Assembly (NCBI GenBank): GCA_016699305.1
Contig: CP064970.1
Coordinates: forward strand, 522,066-586,065
Source of the DNA: Alphaproteobacteria bacterium
Lineage (GTDB): Bacteria; Pseudomonadota; Alphaproteobacteria; GCA-016699305
Direction: 5' to 3'
DNA length: 64,000 nt
How positions within the stretch are numbered: the stretch's first letter is position 1; every line of letters starts with the position of its first letter. Of the stretch, positions 55,290-64,000 are shown in pieces. The notes beneath the pieces were generated by a model that worked only from the letters and a program-made list of their open reading frames with translations, had not been told where the DNA came from and did not search any database. The position numbers were made by a program, and so were the translations under genes.

Positions 55290-56012
55290 TCAGGACACAC
55301 GGCCCAGCTGCCGCACGGCATTGCGTTGACGTTCGGTCTCTGTCTCCAGCATGCGCTGGGTCTGCTGGTACGAACGCAAGGCCTCGATCATGCGTGTCAT
55401 TTCCACGACCGGCTGAACGTTCGAGGCCTCGATGACGCCTTGGACAACATGGGAATTTTCGTCTGCCTGCCCGGCCTCGTCGGTCATGAAGTAACCGCTT
55501 TGGTCCGGATCCAAGGCTTGCGGGTTCTCGAAACGGGTTAGTTGCAGTTTTCCTACCTGCCCCAATTCCGTCGAGATGGTCCCATCCCCCTTAATCTGTA
55601 CATTCTGCGCCCCCGTGGGCAGAACGGCGGGGGCATCGCCTTGTAGCAGAACTTTATCGCCCGAAGCCGTGGTCAATTCGCCTTCGCTGTTCAAGGTAAA
55701 GGCGCCCGCGCGCGTGTAACGCTTACCCTCTGCCGTCTGAACAGAAAGCCAAGCATCACCCTGCACAGCCACATCCAAGGCGTTGTCCGTATGCTGCAAG
55801 GGACCGGCGCGATCATCGCGCCAAGTGGCACGATCCAATACAAATTGTAGCGGACGTGTCTCGCCCGGAGGCAGAATGGGCGCATCTTCAGCAACCAGTT
55901 CCTGGCGCTTAAAGCCCGTGGTGTTCATATTGGCCAAATTATTGGCCAGAACATCTATACGCCGCCTTAGGACATCCTGGCGCGACAACGCTATCAGTAA
56001 TGGCGATTCCAT
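55290..56012 (-). CDS. flgF: flagellar proximal rod protein FlgF
   Basis: …DVLANNLANMNTTGFKRQ… and rod C-terminal motif (VQGVIEASNVQPVVEMTRMIEALRSYQ). Confidence 0.9.
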   Translation of the reverse strand: MESPLLIALSRQDVLRRRIDVLANNLANMNTTGFKRQELVAEDAPILPPGETRPLQFVLDRATWRDDRAGPLQHTDNALDVAVQGDAWLSVQTAEGKRYTRAGAFTLNSEGELTTASGDKVLLQGDAPAVLPTGAQNVQIKGDGTISTELGQVGKLQLTRFENPQALDPDQSGYFMTDEAGQADENSHVVQGVIEASNVQPVVEMTRMIEALRSYQQTQRMLETETERQRNAVRQLGRVS

Positions 56013-56098
56013 GACGCCTCACATTCCACGCGGTTATTAAACCAAACTCACCGCATGTCGTGATGCAAGGCGCGTGCCAAGTTGGAAGAAAGCAATCT

Positions 56099-56608
56099 TC
56101 AGAATGATCGCTTTCGACGATATTGAGCGTCTTTGAACAAATTAGCCGCCAGGGCCGGCTCCCATCGATCGCCGTTATCCAATAAGCGTGATTTATCAAA
56201 AAACAATTCCGGCCTCGTTTCTGTTGAGAATTCAAAATTGGGGCCTTCAACAACCGCATCCACTGGACAAGCCTCTTGGCATAGGCCGCAATAAATACAC
56301 TTCGTCATGTCTATATCATAACGTGTTGTGCGGCGGCTGCCATCCTCAGCACGAGGGGCGGCTTCGATGGTAATGGCCTGAGCCGGACATACCGCCTCAC
56401 ACAGCTTACATGCGATACACCGCTCTTCCCCACTGGCGTAACGGCGCAACGCATGTTCCCCACGGAATCGGGGGCTGAGCGGTCCCTTTTCATAAGGGTA
56501 GTTCAAGGTGACCTTGGGACGCAGGACGTAGCGCAAGGTCAGCCACATGCCGCTTGCGATCTCGGCAAGAAACAAGCGGTTAAAAAACGCCCGCAAGGAA
56601 GCAGCCAT
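56099..56608 (-). CDS. nuoI: NuoI-type 2x[4Fe-4S] ferredoxin (NADH-quinone oxidoreductase subunit I homolog), stand-alone
   Basis: [48 protein letters not shown]…[34 protein letters not shown] is near-identical in pattern to the NuoI/Nqo9 signature. No other nuo genes are adjacent. ATG at 56608 follows GAGAAAGG. Confidence 0.85.
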   Translation of the reverse strand: MAASLRAFFNRLFLAEIASGMWLTLRYVLRPKVTLNYPYEKGPLSPRFRGEHALRRYASGEERCIACKLCEAVCPAQAITIEAAPRAEDGSRRTTRYDIDMTKCIYCGLCQEACPVDAVVEGPNFEFSTETRPELFFDKSRLLDNGDRWEPALAANLFKDAQYRRKRSF

Positions 56609-56625
56609 CAAGCTACCTTTCTCGC

Positions 56626-57720
56626 TTAGCCGCCCCCGCCCATGCCGCCGCCTTGGCTTTGTGTGGTTGATAGAACCACGGTAGCATGCATGATCGACAA
56701 CATGGCCCAGACGATCACGCCGGCCACCAATACCATGCCGCCGAACCGCGCGACATTAGCCTGGTTTTGCAGCTCAATGACCTGCTCTTCGATCCATTCA
56801 TGCGTGATCTGCTCAATCACCGTGCCGACATCGCCCCGTTCCGAGAGGATTTCAAGATCCAAAGCCACCATAGGATCGGGAAAGCCAAAGTTGCCAGCGC
56901 GCAGCGCTTCGCCGAGATTGCGACCGCGCAAAACTTCCTGACGCGCTGTGCTTAGACGCTCTTGCAGCCAAGGCGTCGCTTCTTCCTCAAGGATTTCCAG
57001 GGCACGTTTCAAAGGAACCTGAGCGCCCAACAGTGACGATATACCCAGCAAGAAGGCACTGCCTTGCCACACGCGATACCACGACCAAGGAGGGAACTTG
57101 TCGAGTTTCACACGCAGCGATCCGCGCCAATGCGGCAAGGTACTGGCGATCACGGCCATAATCGCGAAGAGCCCCAACAGGGTCCAGATGCCATAATTGT
57201 GGATATAGTCGGACACCATGACCAATCCGCCCATGCTCTCCAACACCGCCTTGGATGCAAGTGTCTTCATCTTGTCGATCAGCACATAGCCGAACATGAA
57301 CAAGACCGCCGAAAGCAGCAGCAGCATGAAGAACGGATAACTGACGGCGTAAATGATGGCCTCTTTCATCTTTCGGGCCTGTTCGCCGATGCTCATAATG
57401 GCACTGAAGGATTTCGAGACGGTGCCCGATTCTTCGCCCGAGCGAATCATGTACAGCTCGGCCACCGGCACCCAGCCCGACATAGCATCCGAAAGCGAAT
57501 CACCGGCGCGATCGCGGCTAAGCCATTCCTGCAAGGCGATCGCCTCGGCCCGGTCAGGCTTTTTTCCCATTTCGGAGTAGTTGTACCAAAGCCGCTCTAA
57601 CGAACGAGACAAAGCCTCGTTCATATTCAGCATACCTTGCAGCTTTCGATAAATGCGCCAACGACGGCGACGATTATTGCGCAACGTCCATTGCGCCATA
57701 CGGCGCCCTAAATCAGCCAT
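56626..57720 (-). CDS. type II secretion / type IV pilus platform protein, GspF/PilC family (two T2SSF repeats)
   Basis: 364 aa, polytopic. Two repeats with the GspF signature (…[15 protein letters not shown]… and …[17 protein letters not shown]…). ATG at 57720 preceded by AGGAGG. Overlaps the upstream ATPase gene's stop. Confidence 0.8.
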   Translation of the reverse strand: MADLGRRMAQWTLRNNRRRRWRIYRKLQGMLNMNEALSRSLERLWYNYSEMGKKPDRAEAIALQEWLSRDRAGDSLSDAMSGWVPVAELYMIRSGEESGTVSKSFSAIMSIGEQARKMKEAIIYAVSYPFFMLLLLSAVLFMFGYVLIDKMKTLASKAVLESMGGLVMVSDYIHNYGIWTLLGLFAIMAVIASTLPHWRGSLRVKLDKFPPWSWYRVWQGSAFLLGISSLLGAQVPLKRALEILEEEATPWLQERLSTARQEVLRGRNLGEALRAGNFGFPDPMVALDLEILSERGDVGTVIEQITHEWIEEQVIELQNQANVARFGGMVLVAGVIVWAMLSIMHATVVLSTTQSQGGGMGGGG

Positions 57721-59861
57721 TTTTCAATGCCTCCTAGGCGATTCTCGACTTCACGGACCTCTCGGTCACGCGCCAGAAAGCCCACGTCAAACTCCGCATC
57801 ACGAGCGTCAATCTCACCGCGTCGCAGCTTGTCCAGCGCGTGCCACATCATGGTAATGCCGCCTTTTCCTTCGGGAGCGGGCGCCAACCAATACTGTCTG
57901 GCGGACTCCATCTTATTCTTCTGTAACCAATCCATCAACCTATCATCTGCTTCAGCCACTTCCGCGATGATCGTGCGTCCGGAACGACCTTGATAACAGT
58001 GTGGGCAGCCCTGGGGATGAGCAAAATAGACCTGCCCCAAATCCGGTTCATGTAAATCCAGCATAGAAGGATCAATGGGCCGCCAATCATCTGGGTTTTC
58101 GCTGGGTTTGCGGCGATATTGACGCTGGGCATCCATGACGGACAAGGCCGCGCGCACACGCTGCGCATATATCTTAAGCGTTGAATCTATCTGCACAGCT
58201 TCACGCATAGGCATGCGGCAATGACGACACAGGGTGCGCATCAGACGTTGGCAGATCAATCCGCGCAGCAGATTCGGGTCATAGACCAGATAATCGTCGA
58301 TCCCGAGATCGCGCAGACGCTGTGGAATCGCGATCGCCGAATAGACGTGCAAGGTGGTGTACACCTGGCGTCCTGTCAGCGTCAGACGAAACGCGAAGGT
58401 TGCCGTTTGCATGTCGCGCATTTCGCCCAACATCACGATATCGGGATCCAAACGCAGCGCGCAACGCATGACTTCAAGGAATGAGCGTTCGCGCTGTTCG
58501 TCTTTGACGGAGGCCGACACACCGACCTGACGTCCGCCAAGGACGCCGCCTTCGGGAGGGTCTTCGATCATCAGACAGTTCAGCTGCATGTTGGTCTCGG
58601 CCATACGGCGATTGAGCATCACGCGCAACGTGGTCGTCTTACCTTGGTTCACAGGGCCCGAAAAGACGCGCATGGCGCCCGGGATGGCGCGTAACTGACG
58701 CACCAAGTCGGTCTGATCCTGGGAAAAACCCAGCGAATCGACATCCGCCGCCACAAAATCCGGACCGAATATCTTCGCGCTGTCATATTGCAGACGCATA
58801 TCCAGATAACGCCCACCATCCGCCAAAGGAATCCACTGGCAGCGCACCGCGATGACATTGTCAGGCAGAATCAGCGTATCGGGACCGCTCATTGGAATGA
58901 GCATGGCGGCTTGCGGTTCCAGCCAGTTCGCCGTAGAGCCTGACTGTGCCGCCGAATGCGAATAGATGGAGGAAAGGACCTGCTCGCCTTCTTTTTGCGT
59001 CCATGTCTCCCACAGACGCAGCTTACCATCGACGCGGAATTCCACTTTGGTGCGATCGGCCGTCGATTCGATGTGAATATCGCTGGCTCCCAGCTCAGAT
59101 CCTTTTTGTAAAGTCTCGACAATGCGCCGACGCACGGCGTTGTCGTCCAGTCGGATCGACGTGGCATTTTTATCGGCATAATGATAGGCGCGGCGAATAA
59201 CGTCCGGCGTCACATATCGCGGCGGTTCAACCGTAAAACCCTGACGGATGGCCAATTGGCGAACCGAGGTTACCAAGGGCGAATTTTTGTGGCTTTCACT
59301 AACCAGCCACAGCCCCGAGTCAAACAAGGCGCAGACAGTGCGCGATTCGGCCGGAACGCGCAATGGCCCACCCACTGCCGTCAGCACCATGCCGCTAAAG
59401 ACGATTCTCTGCGAACCGATAACAGCCTTTTCTTCAACGGAAGACTTAATATCCATATCCAAGGGAGGTAGATCGACCTCTGAAATATCCTGACCTTCCT
59501 TCTTGGCCTCTGTATTGGAGCCGCGCAGATGCGCTCGAGCGATAGGTGGAGTCACCAAGCCACGCGCCGGACCAGTTCCAGCCAAACTGCCCGGCGCCCC
59601 TGAAGGAGAAGCTTTGAGAGGTAAGGACGCAGGCGCGTCCGAGAGGATTCCTGAATACGGCACGGCAGCTTTGGGCGTTTGCGCCTTAGACGGCTGAGCC
59701 ACAGACGGCTGAGCCACGACCGATGACGGCTTAGAACTGCTAAAGAGAGCCCCACGCTTCGTCCCGGACGAGGGTTTGTCAGCGGCCTTGTTCTGCTCCT
59801 GACTAGAAGAAGACGCATTCAGGCGCCCACGCAAGGAATCAAAAAACTCTCCCATCCGCAT
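57708..59861 (-). CDS. GspE/PilB-family secretion ATPase with a roughly 250-300-aa S/P/A/Q-rich N-terminal extension
   Basis: Walker A (SGPVNQGKTTTL), Asp/His boxes and the tetracysteine motif (CRHC…CPHC) of GspE/PilB-type ATPases. The N-terminal third is low complexity. Start chosen at MRMGEFF (ATG 59861, GGAGG 6 nt upstream). The tool ORF extends to 59981. Confidence 0.85.
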   Translation of the reverse strand: MRMGEFFDSLRGRLNASSSSQEQNKAADKPSSGTKRGALFSSSKPSSVVAQPSVAQPSKAQTPKAAVPYSGILSDAPASLPLKASPSGAPGSLAGTGPARGLVTPPIARAHLRGSNTEAKKEGQDISEVDLPPLDMDIKSSVEEKAVIGSQRIVFSGMVLTAVGGPLRVPAESRTVCALFDSGLWLVSESHKNSPLVTSVRQLAIRQGFTVEPPRYVTPDVIRRAYHYADKNATSIRLDDNAVRRRIVETLQKGSELGASDIHIESTADRTKVEFRVDGKLRLWETWTQKEGEQVLSSIYSHSAAQSGSTANWLEPQAAMLIPMSGPDTLILPDNVIAVRCQWIPLADGGRYLDMRLQYDSAKIFGPDFVAADVDSLGFSQDQTDLVRQLRAIPGAMRVFSGPVNQGKTTTLRVMLNRRMAETNMQLNCLMIEDPPEGGVLGGRQVGVSASVKDEQRERSFLEVMRCALRLDPDIVMLGEMRDMQTATFAFRLTLTGRQVYTTLHVYSAIAIPQRLRDLGIDDYLVYDPNLLRGLICQRLMRTLCRHCRMPMREAVQIDSTLKIYAQRVRAALSVMDAQRQYRRKPSENPDDWRPIDPSMLDLHEPDLGQVYFAHPQGCPHCYQGRSGRTIIAEVAEADDRLMDWLQKNKMESARQYWLAPAPEGKGGITMMWHALDKLRRGEIDARDAEFDVGFLARDREVREVENRLGGIEKWLI

Positions 59862-60303
59862 TAGCCTCCAAGTCCTGACCATCACCCCATAGACGGGACA
59901 GCTTAGTCCGGGCGTACGATTCTTGCCATACCTGTCCGCCTCACATTCAAATATAAAATGGCTTGTACAGCCTATAGACAACGTCTTTATAAATTATTGC
60001 AATACGGCACATGAACAAGCGAGCCAAGGAGATACCATCCATCACATTGATTAAATGCAATATTTTAGAGTCATAAACGACGTGATTCAGACTTACCGTG
60101 CGCCGCCACAGGGGATGGCAGCGGTCGGCCCCGGCTCGGACGCCGTCAACACGGCCATCGACTTTGCGCATAAGGCATGTCCTCGACCGTCGCCAGCCTA
60201 ACGCCCAGTGAGCAGGAGCTTTTGTTCAATCTCTCGGCGGGAAAATAACTCCTAGAACGCAATCCCCCCTACATTTTTCTTCCTGATCGGCAAGCGAGAC
60301 ACG

Positions 60304-60335
60304 CTTATCCGCTTTCCTTCTGGCAAGCCCCATAT
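60304..60335 (+). promoter_or_regulatory. candidate RpoH (sigma32)-type heat-shock promoter for dnaJ
   Basis: CTTATC, 18 nt, then CCCCATAT (60328-35). The -10 matches the sigma32 CCCCATNT consensus, but the -35 is imperfect (CTTA versus CTTG). Lies about 115 nt upstream of the dnaJ ATG. Confidence 0.3.
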
Positions 60336-60449
60336 ATATATTGGTCGCCATGATCTGCCACGGAGAGGGCCTTCATCTGGTATCCTCATCGACCGGCAAA
60401 TTCAGCTTATGGAAATAGGCCGACAACATAGGGACATGGTCGTGATCGG

Positions 60450-61577
60450 ATGAAGCAGGATTTCTATGAACTACTGGGTGTGGCGCGTGACGCCGGCACC
60501 GAGGACATTAAGACCGCCTATCGCAAATTAGCGATGGCGCATCATCCCGACCGCAACCCGGGCAACAAAGAATCCGAAGAGCATTTCAAGCGGATCAACG
60601 AGGCCTATGACGTTCTGCGCGATCCCCAAAAACGGAGCGTGTATGACCGCTATGGCGCGGGTGGTCCCGGCGGCGCGGGGGCCGAGGCGCAGGGCTTCGA
60701 TTTTGGCAATATCGGCGGGATCTTTGAGGAAGTTTTTAGTGAATTCGTCGGCGCGCGGGCAGGCGGGCGCGGCGGCGCGGGTCCGGCGCGCGGCTCCGAT
60801 TTGCGCTATGACATGGAAATCTCCTTGGACGAGGCATTTAGCGGCATAGAGCGCGAGATACGTATTGCCAGCGCCGCCGCATGCGATAGCTGCAAAGGCA
60901 GCGGATCGAAACCCGGCACACAGCCGCAAACCTGCCCCACCTGTCGTGGCCATGGCCGCGTGCGCGTGCAGCGCGGCTTTTTTACTTTGGAGCAGGCTTG
61001 TCATGCATGCCAAGGCGTCGGGCGGATCATTAAGGACCCCTGCCCTTCATGCAAAGGCGCGGGCCGCAAACGTGTCGAACGCCAGCTTTCCATCAGAATT
61101 CCCCCCGGGGTCGAAGACGGAACCCGCATCCGCCTGACGGGCGAGGGCGAGGCCGGACCCAACGGCACCCCTTCAGGCGATTTGTATGTTGTGCTGGGAA
61201 TCCGCGCCCATCCCTTCTTTCAGCGCGAGGGGGCCAGCATCTATTGCCGCGCGCCCATTCCCATGACCATCGCGGCGCTGGGTGGCCAGATCGAGGTGCC
61301 GACCATCGACGGATCGCGCATCATGCTCGACATACCGGTAGGAACCCAGACCGGCCAACAATTCCGCCTACGCGCCAAGGGCATGTCCGTCCTACACAGC
61401 GAATCGCGCGGCGAGATGTATGTGCAATCCATCGTGGAGACCCCGACAAACCTGACCCGGCGGGAAGAGGAAATCCTGCGCGAATTCGCCCGCGAACGCG
61501 GCGAACGCGAACATGAGGATACCGAAGGGGGTTTTCTGTCGAGGATCAAAGAATTCTGGAAAGATATCAGTGAATAG
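60450..61577 (+). CDS. dnaJ: molecular chaperone DnaJ (type I: J domain, G/F region, four CxxCxGxG zinc motifs)
   Basis: YRKLAMAHHPDRNP (HPD motif), a Gly-rich linker, and CDSCKGSG / CPTCRGHG / CHACQGVG / CPSCKGAG. Confidence 0.95.
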   Translation: MKQDFYELLGVARDAGTEDIKTAYRKLAMAHHPDRNPGNKESEEHFKRINEAYDVLRDPQKRSVYDRYGAGGPGGAGAEAQGFDFGNIGGIFEEVFSEFVGARAGGRGGAGPARGSDLRYDMEISLDEAFSGIEREIRIASAAACDSCKGSGSKPGTQPQTCPTCRGHGRVRVQRGFFTLEQACHACQGVGRIIKDPCPSCKGAGRKRVERQLSIRIPPGVEDGTRIRLTGEGEAGPNGTPSGDLYVVLGIRAHPFFQREGASIYCRAPIPMTIAALGGQIEVPTIDGSRIMLDIPVGTQTGQQFRLRAKGMSVLHSESRGEMYVQSIVETPTNLTRREEEILREFARERGEREHEDTEGGFLSRIKEFWKDISE

Positions 61578-61637
61578 CCATTCTCTTGCATAATTCCATT
61601 TAGTCGATATTCATCGTCTTGGGTCATACTGAACGGC

Positions 61638-62441
61638 ATGATGGATATTCCTGTTCCGAACTCTTCCTCATCTCCGATCTGCGCCGGTCGCAAACTGGCC
61701 GTATTCTCGGATTTCGATGGTACATTAATCGAGTTCCGCCCCATAGGCATGGTCGCGCTCGCCCCCGTCGATCAAGAGCTGCAAGACCTGCTGACGCTGT
61801 TGCTGCGTGCCATGGAAGGTGCCGTGGCGGTGGTCAGCGGGCGGGAAATGAGCAGCCTTGTCCGTCTCTTGCCGCCCGAACGCATCCCCTTGCCCATCTC
61901 CGGTTCGCATGGGGCGGAATGGCGTCTGTCCCTCAACCAAGCCATTCAATGTATTCCGCGAGCGGTCGCATTGGACGAGGTGCATCTTCGTCTGAGACAA
62001 AGGCTGGAGCATGTAGAGAACGTCTTCCTTGAAAACAAAGATTTTAGCGTAGCGGTTCATGATCTGAAAGCTCCCTTGAATCAGCCCATACTGAACAGCC
62101 TGCGCAGCATTGCACAGGATTTGCCGGAGGTGGCCACTCTGGATGCCCAAGGCGTGATCGAATTTCGTATGCGCGGCGTTACCAAAGGAACGGCTGTTCA
62201 AGAGATGATGCGCCATGCGCCCTTTACCGATCGCCGACCGATTTTTCTGGGAGACGACACGACCGATCTGGATGGATTCGCCGCATGCCGCGCCATGGGC
62301 GGATTGGCGGTGTCGGTAGGAGCTAAGTTGAAAGGCCGGGGCGACCTTGACCTAGCGGGACCGGACGAGGTGCGGACCTGGCTGCGCCTTCTGGCCCATG
62401 ATCCCGCCCAAGCCCTCGCCACGGCCTCTATCGAGGCCTAG
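61638..62441 (+). CDS. otsB: trehalose-6-phosphate phosphatase (HAD-IIB family)
   Basis: VFSDFDGTL (HAD motif I), …SGR… and GDDTTDLDGF (motif IV) in an OtsB-like arrangement. Confidence 0.8.
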   Translation: MMDIPVPNSSSSPICAGRKLAVFSDFDGTLIEFRPIGMVALAPVDQELQDLLTLLLRAMEGAVAVVSGREMSSLVRLLPPERIPLPISGSHGAEWRLSLNQAIQCIPRAVALDEVHLRLRQRLEHVENVFLENKDFSVAVHDLKAPLNQPILNSLRSIAQDLPEVATLDAQGVIEFRMRGVTKGTAVQEMMRHAPFTDRRPIFLGDDTTDLDGFAACRAMGGLAVSVGAKLKGRGDLDLAGPDEVRTWLRLLAHDPAQALATASIEA

Positions 62442-62467
62442 GCCCCGCTTTCGCCCTTCTCTGGCCC

Positions 62468-63859
62468 TTACTTGCTTACGCGCAGATTCGACAACGAGTC
62501 GCCGATGGCTCTGAACGCATCGTTCAGCTCGGTTTCCGTCGGCGAGTTGAAGTAGTAGTCCGACTGCGTGGCACAGCTCTTCAACAGGTTCTTAATGCTG
62601 GTGCCAGGGTTACCGAACGCGATGGTATACACTTGGATGTTTTTGCTCTTCATCGCGTTACAAACGGTGGTCAGTCGTTGATTTAACTTCGTCACCGCCG
62701 TGGACGAGCTGGTAGTGCCCAGCAAGCCTTGAGACAGCCATCCATAGGCGGTAAAGACACTGCTGCTCATCGTGTTCTCACCGTCCGTCATGATCACGGC
62801 GGCTTTGTTCATGTTCGGCGCGTTGTAGTCAAGCGGCAGACCATTGGCATCCATCTCACCGCCCCAGAGACCGCGCCAACGCGGTGACAACATACGCCAT
62901 CCCCATACCGCGCCATAATTGACATGCGTGTTCCCCGTGGCCTGCATGGTATTGATGGCATTGACGATGGCCGTCTTGCTGGCGGTCAGGGGCTTCATCT
63001 CTTGCGAACAGTATTTATTCGGGCCGTTATCTGTGCCCAATGGAGTGTTGTAGCTGCCGTCCCAACCATTAATCCAGTCATTGCCGCTGCTATCCGCCCA
63101 ATAATACGCGTTGAAGGGCGCAACCGAGGGCGGATCGTCGGTAGTGTCGCGATTGGACGCCGTGCGCGCCATCACACAGCCCATCCATGATGTCGGCCCC
63201 CAGTTCAGGCCGGCATAATGCGTGCCGTCGAGCCATGCGGTGCGCGAGGAACCGATATTGACACTCTGCGCGAAAGGCACCAGGCCAATCCACAGATCGT
63301 CTACCGATTCCTTCCCACCGTATAGAATATCGACCAGCAGATTGGCGGCATTTTTTAAACTACTAAGCTTCGAGCCTGCCATGGAGCCGGTATTGTCCAG
63401 CACCATCACCAATTCCAAGCCGTTGACGGCGCGGGTGATTTCCGATTGCACGCTGACCGTGACGTTGTTGATGTTGAAGATGCGCATGAAGATCGTCGGC
63501 ACCGTGGCCGAGGCCGTCATGGTCAGCACCGTCTTGTCGCTATTCACGGCGATCGACGAGCTGGTGATGCTGGCGTCCAGGTAATGCGCCGGAAAGTTGG
63601 CGCTTAGATATTTGTTGAACTCTGTCTCAACATTGGCCGTACTCACGGTCGATCCAGCCGCCAAGCCCGCCGCGTCCACCGCCGTGGATAGGCGCGATTG
63701 CACCAATTGCGTACGGGCGGTATCGATCGACAGGCCCACGAAGCCGCTGAGCGCAACAAAGGACAGAGCCACCAAGATGGCCGCCGATCCCGACTCGTCA
63801 TTGGCCAGGACACGGAAGTTGCGGCAGATGGTGCTGCCAATTTTCTTTTGTGCGGACAT
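62468..63859 (-). CDS. TadG-like pilus-assembly protein (TadE/G-like N-terminal helix plus vWA domain)
   Basis: N-terminal pseudopilin-like hydrophobic segment (ESGSAAILVALSFVALSGFVGLSIDTA) followed by a vWA MIDAS region (LVMVLDNTGSM…). 463 aa. Strong GGAGGA RBS. Confidence 0.75.
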   Translation of the reverse strand: MSAQKKIGSTICRNFRVLANDESGSAAILVALSFVALSGFVGLSIDTARTQLVQSRLSTAVDAAGLAAGSTVSTANVETEFNKYLSANFPAHYLDASITSSSIAVNSDKTVLTMTASATVPTIFMRIFNINNVTVSVQSEITRAVNGLELVMVLDNTGSMAGSKLSSLKNAANLLVDILYGGKESVDDLWIGLVPFAQSVNIGSSRTAWLDGTHYAGLNWGPTSWMGCVMARTASNRDTTDDPPSVAPFNAYYWADSSGNDWINGWDGSYNTPLGTDNGPNKYCSQEMKPLTASKTAIVNAINTMQATGNTHVNYGAVWGWRMLSPRWRGLWGGEMDANGLPLDYNAPNMNKAAVIMTDGENTMSSSVFTAYGWLSQGLLGTTSSSTAVTKLNQRLTTVCNAMKSKNIQVYTIAFGNPGTSIKNLLKSCATQSDYYFNSPTETELNDAFRAIGDSLSNLRVSK

Positions 63860-63885
63860 GGTGCTGTTCCTCCTCTTTCCCTTCC

Positions 63886-64000
63886 CTATGGCGCCGTGAT
63901 AAGCGCGCCAAGACGCGGTTTGAAGATGGCCGTCTTGTAGATATCTCCCGGTGTAATGATGTCGGACGCAAAGAAGGTCTGATAGTCGTAATAGACTTCG
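63886..64000 (-). CDS. hypothetical protein, C-terminal fragment (gene continues beyond the window); possibly a TadE/TadF-like pseudopilin upstream of tadG
   Basis: The reverse strand reads …EVYYDYQTFFASDIITPGDIYKTAIFKPRLGALITAP* open to the window edge. Its stop lies 27 nt upstream of the TadG-like ATG. Confidence 0.35.
   Translation of the reverse strand, partial: EVYYDYQTFFASDIITPGDIYKTAIFKPRLGALITAP

Overview
This 64-kb window looks like a chromosomal segment from a roughly 58-60% GC alphaproteobacterium. Gene content points that way: a ChvI-like regulator, a CckA-like hybrid kinase, a squalene-hopene cyclase, an alpha-type che operon with a STAS protein, and Flp pilins. Core backbone genes are the rplJ-rplL-rpoB-rpoC cluster, which here lacks rplKA upstream, plus lptD, hslVU, tadA, ychF-pth-rplY, dnaJ, otsB and apaG. 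Motility and taxis genes are densely represented: flhB overlapping a cckA-like kinase; a complete STAS-cheY-cheA-cheW-mcp-cheR-cheD-cheB operon; and flgB-flgC-fliE and flgF-flgG-flgA-flgH rod and ring genes. Surface-appendage genes are scattered: two tandem Flp pilins, a TadG-like vWA gene, and a GspE/GspF-like ATPase and platform pair. That last pair is fused, with a stand-alone NuoI-like ferredoxin, onto the head of the flgFGAH cluster. Accessory-looking content: (1) A low-GC, roughly 2.4-kb insertion between rplJ and the che operon. It carries an exported-protein gene with a C10 homopolymer in its first codons, a candidate slipped-strand phase-variation switch. (2) A translationally coupled operon of a CgeB-like hypothetical, an SDR and a GNAT. 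(3) A paralogous Mur-ligase-like membrane protein paired with an alpha/beta hydrolase, next to an Hsp20 gene that has a ROSE-like leader. (4) An orphan LivJ-like binding protein followed 11 nt later by a single-domain Hpt protein. I found no rRNA, tRNA or CRISPR arrays and no clear intact IS element. The three candidates I rate highest are the phase-variable island gene, the GspE/GspF/NuoI module at the flagellar rod operon, and the flhB-cckA coupling.
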